Virus record (IMG/VR): IMGVR_UViG_2563366870_000004 | Span: 1 to 42,584 of that record | Length of the DNA: 42,584 bases | Reading direction: 5' to 3' (one strand) | Origin: a virus | Lineage: Duplodnaviria; Heunggongvirae; Uroviricota; Caudoviricetes | Shown: in pieces, positions 28,330 to 37,371 of the stretch | Numbering within the stretch: position 1 is the stretch's first letter | Layout of the letters: every line of letters begins with the position of its first letter | Notes under the pieces: model-generated | What the model was told of the DNA's origin: nothing | The model's input: the letters and a program-made list of their open reading frames with translations, nothing else | Database searches by the model: none | Translations under genes and position numbers: made by a program

Positions 28330-28340
28330 AAGGTGAGATT

Positions 28341-28763
28341 ATGAAGACAATTGATATGTTGGCTAAGTATCTAAATGAATGGCCATTAAAATATTCTCGT
28401 ATCGTTCAGGCTGAAGACTGCATTTTTTATGGCGTTTTTGCTGGTAATGAAATGCATTACGAAGTAATTCAGAGTGAGGGGCTGACCGGGTTAACTCTTA
28501 GAGAAGACCATGGTACTAGCGTTACGTTCCATGACTGGATAACAGCACAACGTTCTGAAATGGAAAAAGGCGATGTGTTTGATATTTCTCGCTCTGTTTG
28601 CGCTAAAGCAAAAAGTGATAATGATTACATGAGCGAACACTTATACAACATGAAGCTACAGTGCCTTGCCGAGGTGCTTGGTAAAAAAGCTATTGTCGAT
28701 AAACAAGGCGCCATTAGCGAAGCAAAGGCAATAAATGCTGCATTTGATGAAATTATTTTCTAG
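28341..28763 (+). CDS. Hypothetical accessory protein, opposite strand to the flanking virion genes
   Basis: 140 aa, AT-rich, AAGGTGAG ribosome-binding site, followed by a bidirectional terminator. Confidence 0.5.
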   Translation: MKTIDMLAKYLNEWPLKYSRIVQAEDCIFYGVFAGNEMHYEVIQSEGLTGLTLREDHGTSVTFHDWITAQRSEMEKGDVFDISRSVCAKAKSDNDYMSEHLYNMKLQCLAEVLGKKAIVDKQGAISEAKAINAAFDEIIF

Positions 28764-28853
28764 CTCTGTGACATGTCACAAACAGCCAGCCGATGAGCTG
28801 GCTTTGTTTTATCCTCATCAGAGGATATCAACGACATTATCCCCACCAGCGGA

Positions 28854-30329
28854 TTAATCATAGGGATCGTAATCTGTGATGGCCTTGCCTTGCTGGTTCT
28901 GCTGCCCGGGAATTCGCAGACACTTCGACACAGGGAAAGCAAACGTCAGCAGTAGCGCATCGCCTTTACCCGGCGAGCGCCCAAGCCGCTCCTTGATATC
29001 TTCCTTCGGTTCGATAACGATTTTACCGTCCACTCGAACTTTGTACTCTGCCGCCGACAGGTCGTCCGCTGTTTCCTGGTCATCCAGCATGCCGCCCAGC
29101 CTCAGCCATGTCTTGCATGAGTTGAACATCTCCCCGCGCTTATTGAGCATCTGCGGGTCAGTAGACGCGCCACCGAACGGAACAAGTTGCCATGTACGAC
29201 CCCAGCCGTCACCGATTGACTTCAGACCAGTTCCGTAACCGAAGTCGATGAACACTGCGTCAGCCTGGTACTGGTCTTCAAAGTCAGCGATACGCTTCGC
29301 CATAATCAGATCGTCAGTAGTCTTGTTGCCAGTCCACAGCACCTTACTGTGCAGCCCCTGCCGCAGGTATATCACCGCGTCATCAACGCCTGAGTATGCC
29401 GGGTCAACGCCGATTATCACCGGAGCATGTGCAACCTGCGCAGCGGTTACCACCCGTTTCATTGCCTCATCAGTAAGACCGGTAGGGATAAACTGCAATT
29501 CAGATGCATCAGGGAATATGCCGCGCACACGGATTTTAACGAAGTCGCTGTCTTCCCCGTAGTCATCAACCCATTTCTGCAACTGCTGTTTGTTAGTGCC
29601 TTCCACCGTCCGGCTGTCAATCTGCGCACACTTCCAGCGGTGTTTGTACTTGCGGAAACATTCACGGAAACGCCCGGTGTTACGCGTCGGGTTCCCGAAC
29701 GCCACCCAGATGATTTCGGTGTCTTCGTCCGTCAGCGCACCCTCTGCTACCTCCCACACAAGATCGGCAATATTCGACGCTTCATCGAATACCACGATGA
29801 TGCGTTTGCGCTCGTTGTGTAGTCCGGCGAATGCCTCAGTGTTGTGCTCAGACCAGGGGATTGCGTCAGCTCGCCACCGCTTGTCGTGCCCAGGGTCATT
29901 GCTGTACATCGCGGTAGCGGTACAGGTAAACCAGTCTTTCGTGATAGCAAGGTTTGACCACTTGATAATTTCCGGCCAGGTCTTCGTTCGTAGCTGGTTG
30001 TCGGTGTTGGCGGTCACCACGACCTTACAATCCTCGCAAGTGGACATGCCCCAGTTGATCAGCATTGAGATAAATGCGGATTTACCAATACCGTGACCAG
30101 AAGCGCGTGCCAGCATAAGCGGCTGATAGCGCGTCTCTGGATTCTGCAGGTGATCACGTATCTCTCGGAACGCATCAGCCTGCCATTGACGTGGGCCGGT
30201 AGCATGTGCCAGTTCAGTCCCCTCTTCCCCCCACGGGAACGCATAGAGAGCATAGCCAAGCGGATCGTGAGTGAACCCTGCAATATCCTCGATCAACTGC
30301 TCTTCAGGAGATAACGCTGTATCTGTCAC
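28854..30329 (-). CDS. Terminase large subunit
   Basis: 491 aa; Walker A-like GHGIGKS; C-terminal nuclease-type acidic motifs. Confidence 0.9.
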   Translation of the reverse strand: MTDTALSPEEQLIEDIAGFTHDPLGYALYAFPWGEEGTELAHATGPRQWQADAFREIRDHLQNPETRYQPLMLARASGHGIGKSAFISMLINWGMSTCEDCKVVVTANTDNQLRTKTWPEIIKWSNLAITKDWFTCTATAMYSNDPGHDKRWRADAIPWSEHNTEAFAGLHNERKRIIVVFDEASNIADLVWEVAEGALTDEDTEIIWVAFGNPTRNTGRFRECFRKYKHRWKCAQIDSRTVEGTNKQQLQKWVDDYGEDSDFVKIRVRGIFPDASELQFIPTGLTDEAMKRVVTAAQVAHAPVIIGVDPAYSGVDDAVIYLRQGLHSKVLWTGNKTTDDLIMAKRIADFEDQYQADAVFIDFGYGTGLKSIGDGWGRTWQLVPFGGASTDPQMLNKRGEMFNSCKTWLRLGGMLDDQETADDLSAAEYKVRVDGKIVIEPKEDIKERLGRSPGKGDALLLTFAFPVSKCLRIPGQQNQQGKAITDYDPYD

Positions 30330-30922
30330 TGATTACCATCCTGACGTTCTTTGAGTCGCTTCCTGGCTGCTGCTATGCGATCAGCAATTGTCACATTCAC
30401 ATTAACATCCAGGCGTTCTTTGAATGCGTTGACGTCGACGTGCTTACCAATCAGTTCGAGGTTCTTCACCTTGTCAGGCCATTTAATTTTTTTGAGGATT
30501 GTCTCTATCGAATCCTCGTTCATGTTCATGATGGTCGATGACAGATCAAAGCCGCTAAGCGTAGTGCGCCAGATTTTCGGCCACTCGCGGATTGGCTTAA
30601 GGCTCCCATCGTCGTTGAGGATGTCGATCACGTCCATCTGGTCGATCTCCACCAGGCGCATGAGAACGTAATCAGCACTGACGCGCATTCGTTTGTTGCG
30701 CTCTTCCATCAGCTCGGCAATCCGTTTTTGAATGCGTTCATCGCGCATCATGACACTGGCTTTAACTGCCGCTGTATTTGGGGAGAATCCTGCGTTAATC
30801 GCTGCCTGAGTCTGGTTTTCAGGCGTTTTGATGTATGACTGGCAATAAGCCTCCTGCATTGCTGTTAGTGGCTTAAATTGCGTTGATTTGCGTTTATAGG
30901 TTTTAGGTTCAGCAGGCATCAT
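30326..30922 (-). CDS. Terminase small subunit
   Basis: Directly upstream of and overlapping the large subunit; start placed at internal MMPAEP with GGTGG ribosome-binding site (track ORF extends to 31000). Confidence 0.6.
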   Translation of the reverse strand: MMPAEPKTYKRKSTQFKPLTAMQEAYCQSYIKTPENQTQAAINAGFSPNTAAVKASVMMRDERIQKRIAELMEERNKRMRVSADYVLMRLVEIDQMDVIDILNDDGSLKPIREWPKIWRTTLSGFDLSSTIMNMNEDSIETILKKIKWPDKVKNLELIGKHVDVNAFKERLDVNVNVTIADRIAAARKRLKERQDGNQ

Positions 30923-30996
30923 AACCACCGTGGTAATAGTTACCGTTGTGGTAATAGTACCATGCAAAATAAAGCCGCCATAGTTGGCGGCAGTAT

Positions 30997-31209
30997 TCAA
31001 AGTCCATCAAATTCATCGTAAAAACTCTCGTCAAGATACCCTTCCCATTTACCGCGAATGAAAATTACATCCTCGCCGCAAGGGTGCTGACTGTCGATAA
31101 CTATATCCCTCCTGGCGCAACCATACTTATGCATGAGAAATTTAACCTCTTTCGGAAAATTTGCTGAGTTATCTCTCATATCTTCAAGGTCGTAGCGTAT
31201 TTTTGGCAT
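30997..31209 (-). CDS. Hypothetical protein
   Basis: Track ORF 30997-31230; start placed at internal Met (MPKIRYD). Confidence 0.35.
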   Translation of the reverse strand: MPKIRYDLEDMRDNSANFPKEVKFLMHKYGCARRDIVIDSQHPCGEDVIFIRGKWEGYLDESFYDEFDGL

Positions 31210-31226
31210 AACACCTTCGTGACATG

Positions 31227-31568
31227 TCACACTATTAATTTCGTTTCATGCCAGCCTTTGGTTACCCAGCATTGCGAGTCACCATTACACGGGCATGAAT
31301 TCACAGGAACTCTCTCGCCGCACTTACCGCAACGTTTTCTGCTGATCGATTTTATACGCCCGCGCACGCGTGCATCATCCTGGCGGATCAGTAACGCTAT
31401 ATACTCACCAAATTCGTAAGGCGCACGCCCGGGGCGACGTGTGGCACAGTTACGCTCCAGCATTTCAATTTCCTGAGCATCAAGCACAATCTCCAGCTTA
31501 CGTACACCAGATGCAGCTTGTCTGGCTCTCTGAGCGGCTTTGCGCTCTGCTGCTGATTTAGCCATCAA
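31227..31568 (-). CDS. Hypothetical protein with C-terminal Cys-rich putative zinc-binding motif
   Basis: 113 aa; CGKCG...CPCNG...C cluster. Confidence 0.4.
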   Translation of the reverse strand: MMAKSAAERKAAQRARQAASGVRKLEIVLDAQEIEMLERNCATRRPGRAPYEFGEYIALLIRQDDARVRGRIKSISRKRCGKCGERVPVNSCPCNGDSQCWVTKGWHETKLIV

Positions 31569-31839
31569 TATTTACCTTTATCGCGTATACCTTTACCGGT
31601 TTATCGCCGAAGTGCGGATGTGTGATTGTCTTGATTTCATAGCCGCCATACGGAACGTCAATTCTGCGGCTGGAATCGTCACGCTTCGGATATCCCTTTG
31701 TGATAATCAGGCGGTCATATTCCCGGAACATAATTCGCTTTTCCCAGTAGTCATTACACAGGCGATACTCTTCCGTTTTATCTCCGCGAATCATGGCATC
31801 GAAGTATTCACCTTTGACGGCAAGTTGCAGGTTAGCCAC
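31558..31839 (-). CDS. Hypothetical protein (ASCH/DUF3850-like fold suspected)
   Basis: 93 aa; GEYFDAMIRGDKTEEYR-type motif. Confidence 0.4.
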   Translation of the reverse strand: MANLQLAVKGEYFDAMIRGDKTEEYRLCNDYWEKRIMFREYDRLIITKGYPKRDDSSRRIDVPYGGYEIKTITHPHFGDKPVKVYAIKVNIDG

Positions 31840-32641
31840 GGTTAACCTCCTGCGGCGGTTCTGGTAGCGGCATCCAGAACAAGGCGTTCCCTAACCACGA
31901 TAAAGTGCCGTCGCTCAACTCCACGTATTCCCCTTGTACCTGTCCTGCCATATACTCGCCGTGCTTTGAATAAATTAAAATCCAATCATCTTGAGGGGGC
32001 ATTCGCTCACTACAGCTTATCCAACCATCCGGAGTTACCGGAGAATTGCCATTTACCAAGTCAGCTCGAACATATAGCGTGTCATCATGGTGCTGATTGT
32101 GGCTGCACCACGTTAATTCGCTTAACTCGCCATCTTCTGGCCATACTCCAGCTGTTTGCAGCCAGATATGGGCTGGCGCATCCTGGCAAGGTGTATTAAC
32201 TGGAAACTTGTAAGTTTGGCTTACAGGTTGGCTACCCTGAAGCATGGCAGCGTGGCAGGCATCCTCTACGCCCTTAACTGCATCTGCGCAGTAGTTATAG
32301 CGATTGCATTCCACTAACTTCTGCTTGAGATTTTCAATTGCCTGCGCGACATCAGCCTGCATTACCGGCGCTGGCGGTGCGGTATAAAACTTCGTCCCCA
32401 ACGGCAACAACTTCATCGCTTTTTCTCCCTTAATGATGCGATAAGTTGATTTCCCGCCAAGGTCTACCGTTCCATCCATAACAAGGCCATATCGCTTCTC
32501 TGAAACTTCACCAATAGGCTCTGCTTCCAGCGATGCCAGAGCAATTTCATAAGCCCGACGCTCAATATTGTCTCGGACGTCCAGGCTGCCTATACGCTCT
32601 TTGATTTCTTTAATCAGTTCTTTGTCGGTGAACGTTGTCAT
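31832..32641 (-). CDS. Ead/Ea22-like protein with DUF551-like C-terminal domain
   Basis: 269 aa; C-terminal WISCSERMPPQDDWILIY pattern typical of DUF551. Confidence 0.5.
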   Translation of the reverse strand: MTTFTDKELIKEIKERIGSLDVRDNIERRAYEIALASLEAEPIGEVSEKRYGLVMDGTVDLGGKSTYRIIKGEKAMKLLPLGTKFYTAPPAPVMQADVAQAIENLKQKLVECNRYNYCADAVKGVEDACHAAMLQGSQPVSQTYKFPVNTPCQDAPAHIWLQTAGVWPEDGELSELTWCSHNQHHDDTLYVRADLVNGNSPVTPDGWISCSERMPPQDDWILIYSKHGEYMAGQVQGEYVELSDGTLSWLGNALFWMPLPEPPQEVNRG

Positions 32642-32644
32642 GTG

Positions 32645-32932
32645 TTAGTCCTCATCCACTTCAACGCCATCTTTCAGCGTGATGCCGTGCCAATCATCAG
32701 CCCAACTGGTTAGCCCTGGCGCATCAATGCTAGGCATATAGACGCTTGCAGTGTGGTAGCCCTTATCGTTATCAATGCTGGCAACGTGCTCGCCGTTGTA
32801 TGCGCTCAGCGTGTCCAGGACGCTATAAAACTTTCCTCCGGCTGCCCTGAAATCCTTTACAGCCTTCACAAGGCGATTCCACGCTTTTTCCTGTTCTGGC
32901 GTCAGGTCGATTAATTCCTGCAAAGTTGCCAT
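32645..32932 (-). CDS. Hypothetical protein
   Basis: 95 aa ORF in the leftward early/middle operon. Confidence 0.4.
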   Translation of the reverse strand: MATLQELIDLTPEQEKAWNRLVKAVKDFRAAGGKFYSVLDTLSAYNGEHVASIDNDKGYHTASVYMPSIDAPGLTSWADDWHGITLKDGVEVDED

Positions 32933-32933
32933 A

Positions 32934-33296
32934 TCACTCTCCTTTGATGCGAATGCCAGCGACGCGTAGTGCGTGTTCTAAGTCAATCAGGCAAAGCCAA
33001 CTGCCATTTTCTTTAGGTATCATGACATGCCGCTTATTAGCATTTATTGGGTGCCCATATCGAAGGTCGTAGCGAGTCGGTAATTGAACTTCCCTCGCTT
33101 CCAGTTCTGTAATGCGTTTGTTTTTAGCTTCTAGTTCATCCAGCAGCGCCAGCACAACCTGCGGTGTGACTTTCATACGAAATGCCAGCAATTTTTGTGG
33201 TGTGGCTACTATTTTTATTGCTTCTGCCGCCTCACGCAGTGCCTGATAGTCAATCTTGCTCACTGGTTGCCTCCTTTGCGAAGCTGTTCCGCACAA
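32934..33296 (-). CDS. Hypothetical protein (start uncertain)
   Basis: Track ORF overlaps the upstream gene by 37 nt; true start probably an internal Met. Confidence 0.35.
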   Translation of the reverse strand: MCGTASQRRQPVSKIDYQALREAAEAIKIVATPQKLLAFRMKVTPQVVLALLDELEAKNKRITELEAREVQLPTRYDLRYGHPINANKRHVMIPKENGSWLCLIDLEHALRVAGIRIKGE

Positions 33297-33820
33297 TGCA
33301 GCAGGGCGTCCGTCGCATATTTAAGACTCACTAGCTCACCATCATCCATTCCCGCGAGATTCGCGTGTTTAACGAACGCCGAGCAAAGGTCATTAAACGC
33401 CTGCGCCCGTACTTCAGCCAGAAAAGCATCGGTGGCTGGGGTTTCCGGCAATGATCCGTCAACCAGTTCTATTGTTGTTCTGAATCGGGAATTCGACACA
33501 ACGCGATAAGTCAGGTTCGGCATTCTGGCTGCCACTTGCATCTCAAACTCCTCTCCAGATTCCAGCCCGGCTGCACGGGCGTAATCAAGCGGACTTCTGA
33601 CAGCCCCTGAATCTTCGCCGCCCCAGTAAATCAGGTTCGACTTCAACGCCTCATTCTCCGCCGCCATCGCATTAGCACGCACCAGTTGCACTTCCAGTTG
33701 CGTTGCCAAATCGCTGATCAGCTTTGCCACACTACGCATATCAACGGCACCACATTCTGCTTTCAGTTCCGAAGCCATCTCATGCCCGGCGGAAACTAAC
33801 CCTTTGATATTACTTTCCAT
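33260..33820 (-). CDS. Hypothetical protein
   Basis: 186 aa ORF in the leftward operon. Confidence 0.45.
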   Translation of the reverse strand: MESNIKGLVSAGHEMASELKAECGAVDMRSVAKLISDLATQLEVQLVRANAMAAENEALKSNLIYWGGEDSGAVRSPLDYARAAGLESGEEFEMQVAARMPNLTYRVVSNSRFRTTIELVDGSLPETPATDAFLAEVRAQAFNDLCSAFVKHANLAGMDDGELVSLKYATDALLHCAEQLRKGGNQ

Positions 33821-33881
33821 CTTTACCCTCGCTTATCCACATAACTTATTGATTACATTGATAACTAAAAAGATCGTCGAT

Positions 33882-34226
33882 TCAGAACTCTTCGATGTTC
33901 CAGCCACCACCTGCTTTCTTTGGTTTAACCGTTACCCCGATGATTCGGAACGGATACTGATCTGCGGCGACTTTGGTTTTCACCCTGGCGTCGTCGGTCC
34001 AGAAACCTTTCACTTCGTGCAGTTCAATCTCGCCGGTGGCGAGCATCACAGCAAAATCGGGCGTATAGAACGTGCTGTCAGCTAACCGCAGCTTGATACC
34101 CTCGAATCGATACCAGGCTATTTCCCCTGCACGTTTACGCAGCTCAAGGTGCTGGCAATACGCAGATTCTGTTTTGTTCATCTGGCCTGTTTTGAGTCGA
34201 CCAAGAGCCTGTATCTGTTTTCTCAT
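33882..34226 (-). CDS. PD-(D/E)xK-type nuclease-like protein (possible junction resolvase)
   Basis: 114 aa; YTPDF...IELHEVKG matches the D...E.K nuclease motif. Confidence 0.45.
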   Translation of the reverse strand: MRKQIQALGRLKTGQMNKTESAYCQHLELRKRAGEIAWYRFEGIKLRLADSTFYTPDFAVMLATGEIELHEVKGFWTDDARVKTKVAADQYPFRIIGVTVKPKKAGGGWNIEEF

Positions 34227-34238
34227 GATTTACCCCTG

Positions 34239-34261
34239 AGGTAATTAAAAACCACATAAGA
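34239..34261. promoter_or_regulatory. Conserved box AGGTAATTAAAAACCACATAAGA
   Basis: Third copy of the AAAACCACATA-type box, 55 bp from the palindrome at 34291. Confidence 0.4.
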
Positions 34262-34290
34262 CACGAAATCAATAGAATTTAGAATATTTT

Positions 34291-34307
34291 ATTACCTAGC
34301 AGGTAAT
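34291..34307. promoter_or_regulatory. Operator-like palindrome ATTACCT-AGC-AGGTAAT (perfect)
   Basis: Perfect 7-3-7 palindrome between the P-like gene and the nuclease-like gene; TAGAAT hexamer just upstream. Confidence 0.6.
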
Positions 34308-34343
34308 TATTAAGGCGTAAAAAAATGCGCTATCGCGCTGGTA

Positions 34344-35144
34344 TTACTTGATAAATCCTGCCGCCTTTCCCCGCCTGTATTCCTCCATCAGCCACTGCGC
34401 CGGTGTTATTCCCCCAAGGGTGGCGGCGTTAGGCATGCACCCGAAACTTCGCCCTGGTGGATGGTAAACGTCTCTCCCTGTGTCCGGAGGTGTACTCATG
34501 GGCTCTGGCTTTGCCTGTATGCTGATCACCGGATCGGGTATCTGCTGTCCGGAAGCCACCTTTTTCGCCCAATCATCGAGCAGCCTGCGCGCGTGTTTCT
34601 CAACCTCAATCTCGCTAAGCTGGCGCTGATACATTGCACGGCGGGTATCACATACGACCCAGTACATAACCGGATGCCGCCACGGGAATCTCTCGGGACC
34701 ACCTGGATATAAACTTTTTTCCTTGCTGTACCGGTGAAACTCCGCCATCACATCGTCAATGGTGACGCCAAGAACCATCTTGCTGTCTTTACACCACTTG
34801 ATGAATTGCCCAGGCGACGGCCAGAACGGAGATTCACTGGAGCGGGCGTGGCGCATACCAGCAGAAACCTGTTCACGGGTTCGGATCCCCCCTTCGGCAA
34901 ACGCAGCTATCCACTGCTGTTTTGCAGCAACTTCCTGCTCTGGCGTCTTCAGGTTGGTTACCACTGCCGCCGGAAACAGTTGTTTCAGCTGTTTGAAAAG
35001 GGCATCAACAAGCCTCTCTGCTGACATGTTCACCACGTTGTCATTGTTGGTGTACTGATGCTCATAACCTGACATGCGAGAAAGGGCTTCTCCGTCACGG
35101 TTTTGTATCGCGGTAAAAACGTTGTTCACAAGAAATCCTCCCAT
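34344..35144 (-). CDS. Replication protein P-like (helicase loader)
   Basis: Core motif QQWIAAFAEGGI...EQVSAGMRHAR...PFWPSPGQFIKWC matches my recollection of lambda P (RRQWVLAFRENGI...EQVNAGMRVARR..PFLPSPGQFVAWC). Confidence 0.7.
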   Translation of the reverse strand: MGGFLVNNVFTAIQNRDGEALSRMSGYEHQYTNNDNVVNMSAERLVDALFKQLKQLFPAAVVTNLKTPEQEVAAKQQWIAAFAEGGIRTREQVSAGMRHARSSESPFWPSPGQFIKWCKDSKMVLGVTIDDVMAEFHRYSKEKSLYPGGPERFPWRHPVMYWVVCDTRRAMYQRQLSEIEVEKHARRLLDDWAKKVASGQQIPDPVISIQAKPEPMSTPPDTGRDVYHPPGRSFGCMPNAATLGGITPAQWLMEEYRRGKAAGFIK

Positions 35145-35917
35145 GCTTCAGGGCTGTTCCAGTGCGGAACGTTGTTATCAGGTAATGTTGATTGCTTCTG
35201 TCTGCTAATCTGCAGCCGCCTTGCCAGCTTCTGCTCCCACTGTGCCTGATGGTATGCCTTACCCTCAGCCATCCAGTAAATTCTGAACTCTGCAAGTTCC
35301 TGTGCCGTTGGCAGACTATCCAGGTAGATTCCCTGCAATGAGCTTTTCCGAAGAAAGTCATCTGATGGCTGCCATTGTTCATGCATGACAAATTTGCCTA
35401 ATTGCCCTGGCCCACCAGGAGGAACAAAGTTATTCATCACGGCGTTGTTTGCGCCGGGGTCATTAGGCACAGAATCCCCGCTTTTTGTCCTGCTCTCCCT
35501 CTCTTGGTTAAATGACTGGTTATATGACTGGTTCTGGATCCCGTTTTTGGGATCATTCAACATCCCGTTTTTGGGTATATTCCCGTTTTCGGTAACATTA
35601 CCGTTTTCGGGTTCATTACCCACTTCCCGGTTGCCTTTAATGTTCCCGTTTTTGGTTATATTAAGAGAGAAAACCCGCACTCTTTTCGTCGCTCCCTTTC
35701 TCTCTCCGGTATCTGAAATAAGCCCCATTTTCATGAGCGATATAAGCCCGGCCTGCACGGTTTTTTTATTCAGGCAAGTGTCTTTAACGAGGCGTTCTAT
35801 GCTGGGGTAGCAGAGGTTATATTCATCGGCTCTGTCAGCCATCGAGAGCAGTATGAGCTTTAATGATGAGCTGCCTGGATCTGTCTCCCAGGCCCAATCT
35901 GTTGCATGTCTGCTCAT
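35126..35917 (-). CDS. Replication initiator O-like protein with internal iteron-encoded repeat
   Basis: N-terminal winged-helix-like domain; central NGN-rich low-complexity region encoded by DNA iterons; position upstream of the P-like gene. Confidence 0.65.
   Translation of the reverse strand: MSRHATDWAWETDPGSSSLKLILLSMADRADEYNLCYPSIERLVKDTCLNKKTVQAGLISLMKMGLISDTGERKGATKRVRVFSLNITKNGNIKGNREVGNEPENGNVTENGNIPKNGMLNDPKNGIQNQSYNQSFNQERESRTKSGDSVPNDPGANNAVMNNFVPPGGPGQLGKFVMHEQWQPSDDFLRKSSLQGIYLDSLPTAQELAEFRIYWMAEGKAYHQAQWEQKLARRLQISRQKQSTLPDNNVPHWNSPEAWEDFL
35539..35657. repeat. Origin-type iterons (about 5 copies of TCCCGTTTT(T/C)GGG) inside the O-like gene
   Basis: Copies at about 35539, 35563, 35581, 35599, 35644 plus a degenerate copy near 35624, spaced 18-24 bp. 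Confidence 0.6.
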
Positions 35918-35932
35918 GATTAATCTCCGCTA

Positions 35933-36133
35933 TCAGCTTGAATGTTGTGGGGAGGAATTAATCATGATCTGCTTAATCTCTGCCCTGATGCGACGGTTTG
36001 ATTCCATGGTGCACTCAACACAGTGTCCGTTGTAAACCCAGCGCTCACTGTCATGTCCGTGCTTACATGTTTTTCCGGTGTAGTAGCGTTTAAGTCCGCG
36101 CTTTGCGGCATCAATACGTGTAATGATTTCCAT
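35933..36133 (-). CDS. Small Cys/His-rich protein (putative zinc-binding regulator)
   Basis: Start placed at internal MEIITRID; CKHGH...CVEC motif; track ORF extends to 36196. Confidence 0.4.
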   Translation of the reverse strand: MEIITRIDAAKRGLKRYYTGKTCKHGHDSERWVYNGHCVECTMESNRRIRAEIKQIMINSSPQHSS

Positions 36134-36212
36134 GGTAAGCCCTGTTATTAGTATTGGGATTACGGTTATTTTGTGCTGACACAAAAAAAAGATCAACCAG
36201 ATTTGGTTTTTT

Positions 36213-36229
36213 ATTACCTTTAAGGTGCG
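36213..36229. promoter_or_regulatory. Half-conserved operator-like site ATTACCT-TTA-AGGTGCG
   Basis: Left half perfect, right half degenerate; between 35933-36196 and the Cro-like gene. Confidence 0.3.
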
Positions 36230-36283
36230 AATAGATATGAAAAGACCGCCGGATGGCGGCCTACAGAGGGTTGTGGCTGGATA

Positions 36284-36514
36284 TCATGAGTAGAAGAAGT
36301 ATGCCAGTTCTGCTTTTGAGCGCAGCCATTGTCTTGTTTTACAGGCTTTAAAAAGCCCATTCATCAATACCTTACCTGGCATTTTGCGCTTACCTGTTAA
36401 GTGAGTCTGGATATAGTGACTCGTCGTTCCGGCTTCCTGTGCGAAGGCTTCACGCTCATCCGGAGTAAGTGCAAGCCAGTGCTTTTTGAAATCGAAATGT
36501 CCGTTATCGCTCAT
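36284..36514 (-). CDS. Cro-like HTH DNA-binding protein (first gene of the leftward operon)
   Basis: 76 aa; HTH-like AFAQEAGTTSHYIQTHL; divergent from the repressor gene. Confidence 0.5.
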   Translation of the reverse strand: MSDNGHFDFKKHWLALTPDEREAFAQEAGTTSHYIQTHLTGKRKMPGKVLMNGLFKACKTRQWLRSKAELAYFFYS

Positions 36515-36597
36515 AGCTATTGCCTGATATTTATTTCAGATAATAAATATTCACCCATAAGGTAACAAAAATCAAGGATAGTTACCTATGGGGTGCA

Positions 36598-36614
36598 TTT
36601 ACCTGTTGGGTAAT
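36598..36614. promoter_or_regulatory. Operator-like site TTTACCT-GTT-GGGTAAT in the cro/repressor intergenic region
   Basis: 2 mismatches to consensus; additional half-sites AGGTAAC (36560-36566) and GTTACCT (36581-36587) nearby. Confidence 0.5.
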
Positions 36615-36668
36615 ATTGCTTTAAATTGAATCATCTACTGATTCATATATGAGGCGATTTTCCAGAAA

Positions 36669-37253
36669 ATGAAAAGTATCCAGGACGTCCGCAGGCAAAA
36701 TCTCAACGACTTGATCGACCGTGAATTCAATGGTGTTCAGACGCGGATGGCAGAAAAACTTGGAACTCAGGCAAATCTGGTAAACCGCTGGGCTCTTGGC
36801 AAGAAGGTTATCGGCGACCAGGTTGCGCGAAAAATTGAAGCTGCCGCCAATAAACCCCGTAACTGGCTTGATATCGATCGCTCGCTTTCTCAAGAAGGTT
36901 TTCAGCCTGTCGGACCAAGCGACATTGGTCAGCTGGCGGCTCACAACCTGGAACGTTGGATGAGCGAAAGCCGAGACCTTTCAACGCAGGGAAAACTTCA
37001 CCGCGCATCCGGTGTCGCCCAAGTGACAATCAGCCGCCTGTTAAACAATGAGGTCAGCGTTTCCATTTCCACCCTGGAGAATGTTGCATCCGCATTCGGG
37101 CGTCACGGCTATGAATTACTGATTCACCCGCACGACCCTGCGACTATCAACTATGATCGCTCGCGCTACGCATTGTTACCTGAAACAGAGAAGGCAAAGA
37201 TCGAAAGTTACATTGAATTTGTCATCAACCAGAACGAAAAAAGCAAACAATAA
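36669..37253 (+). CDS. Prophage repressor candidate, dual HTH (XRE-type) domains, no S24 peptidase domain evident
   Basis: 194 aa; HTH-like segments QTRMAEKLGTQANLVNRW and LHRASGVAQVTISRLLNNE; flanked on both sides by the palindromic sites. Confidence 0.6.
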   Translation: MKSIQDVRRQNLNDLIDREFNGVQTRMAEKLGTQANLVNRWALGKKVIGDQVARKIEAAANKPRNWLDIDRSLSQEGFQPVGPSDIGQLAAHNLERWMSESRDLSTQGKLHRASGVAQVTISRLLNNEVSVSISTLENVASAFGRHGYELLIHPHDPATINYDRSRYALLPETEKAKIESYIEFVINQNEKSKQ

Positions 37254-37273
37254 AACTATAGTTTTCAGAAAGT

Positions 37274-37299
37274 AAGCCGCCTCATGGCGGCTTTTTTAT
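37274..37299 (+). terminator. Rho-independent terminator after the repressor gene
   Basis: AAGCCGCC-TCAT-GGCGGCTT followed by TTTTTTATT. Confidence 0.6.
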
Positions 37300-37309
37300 T
37301 GCCCATGAA

Positions 37310-37326
37310 ATTACCTTACGGGTAAT
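37310..37326. promoter_or_regulatory. Operator-like palindrome ATTACCT-TAC-GGGTAAT (1 mismatch)
   Basis: Upstream of the rightward early operon. Confidence 0.55.
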
Positions 37327-37371
37327 TTTTTTAACTCATATCTATTGACAACAAACCAAATACGCATAATT

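Noticed and set aside
30923-31000. N-terminal extension of the terminase small subunit (MNTAANYGGF...)
   Set aside because: The extension has odd composition (Thr/Val run) and no ribosome-binding site, whereas the internal MMPAEP start has a GGTGG site; the extension is probably untranslated spacer.
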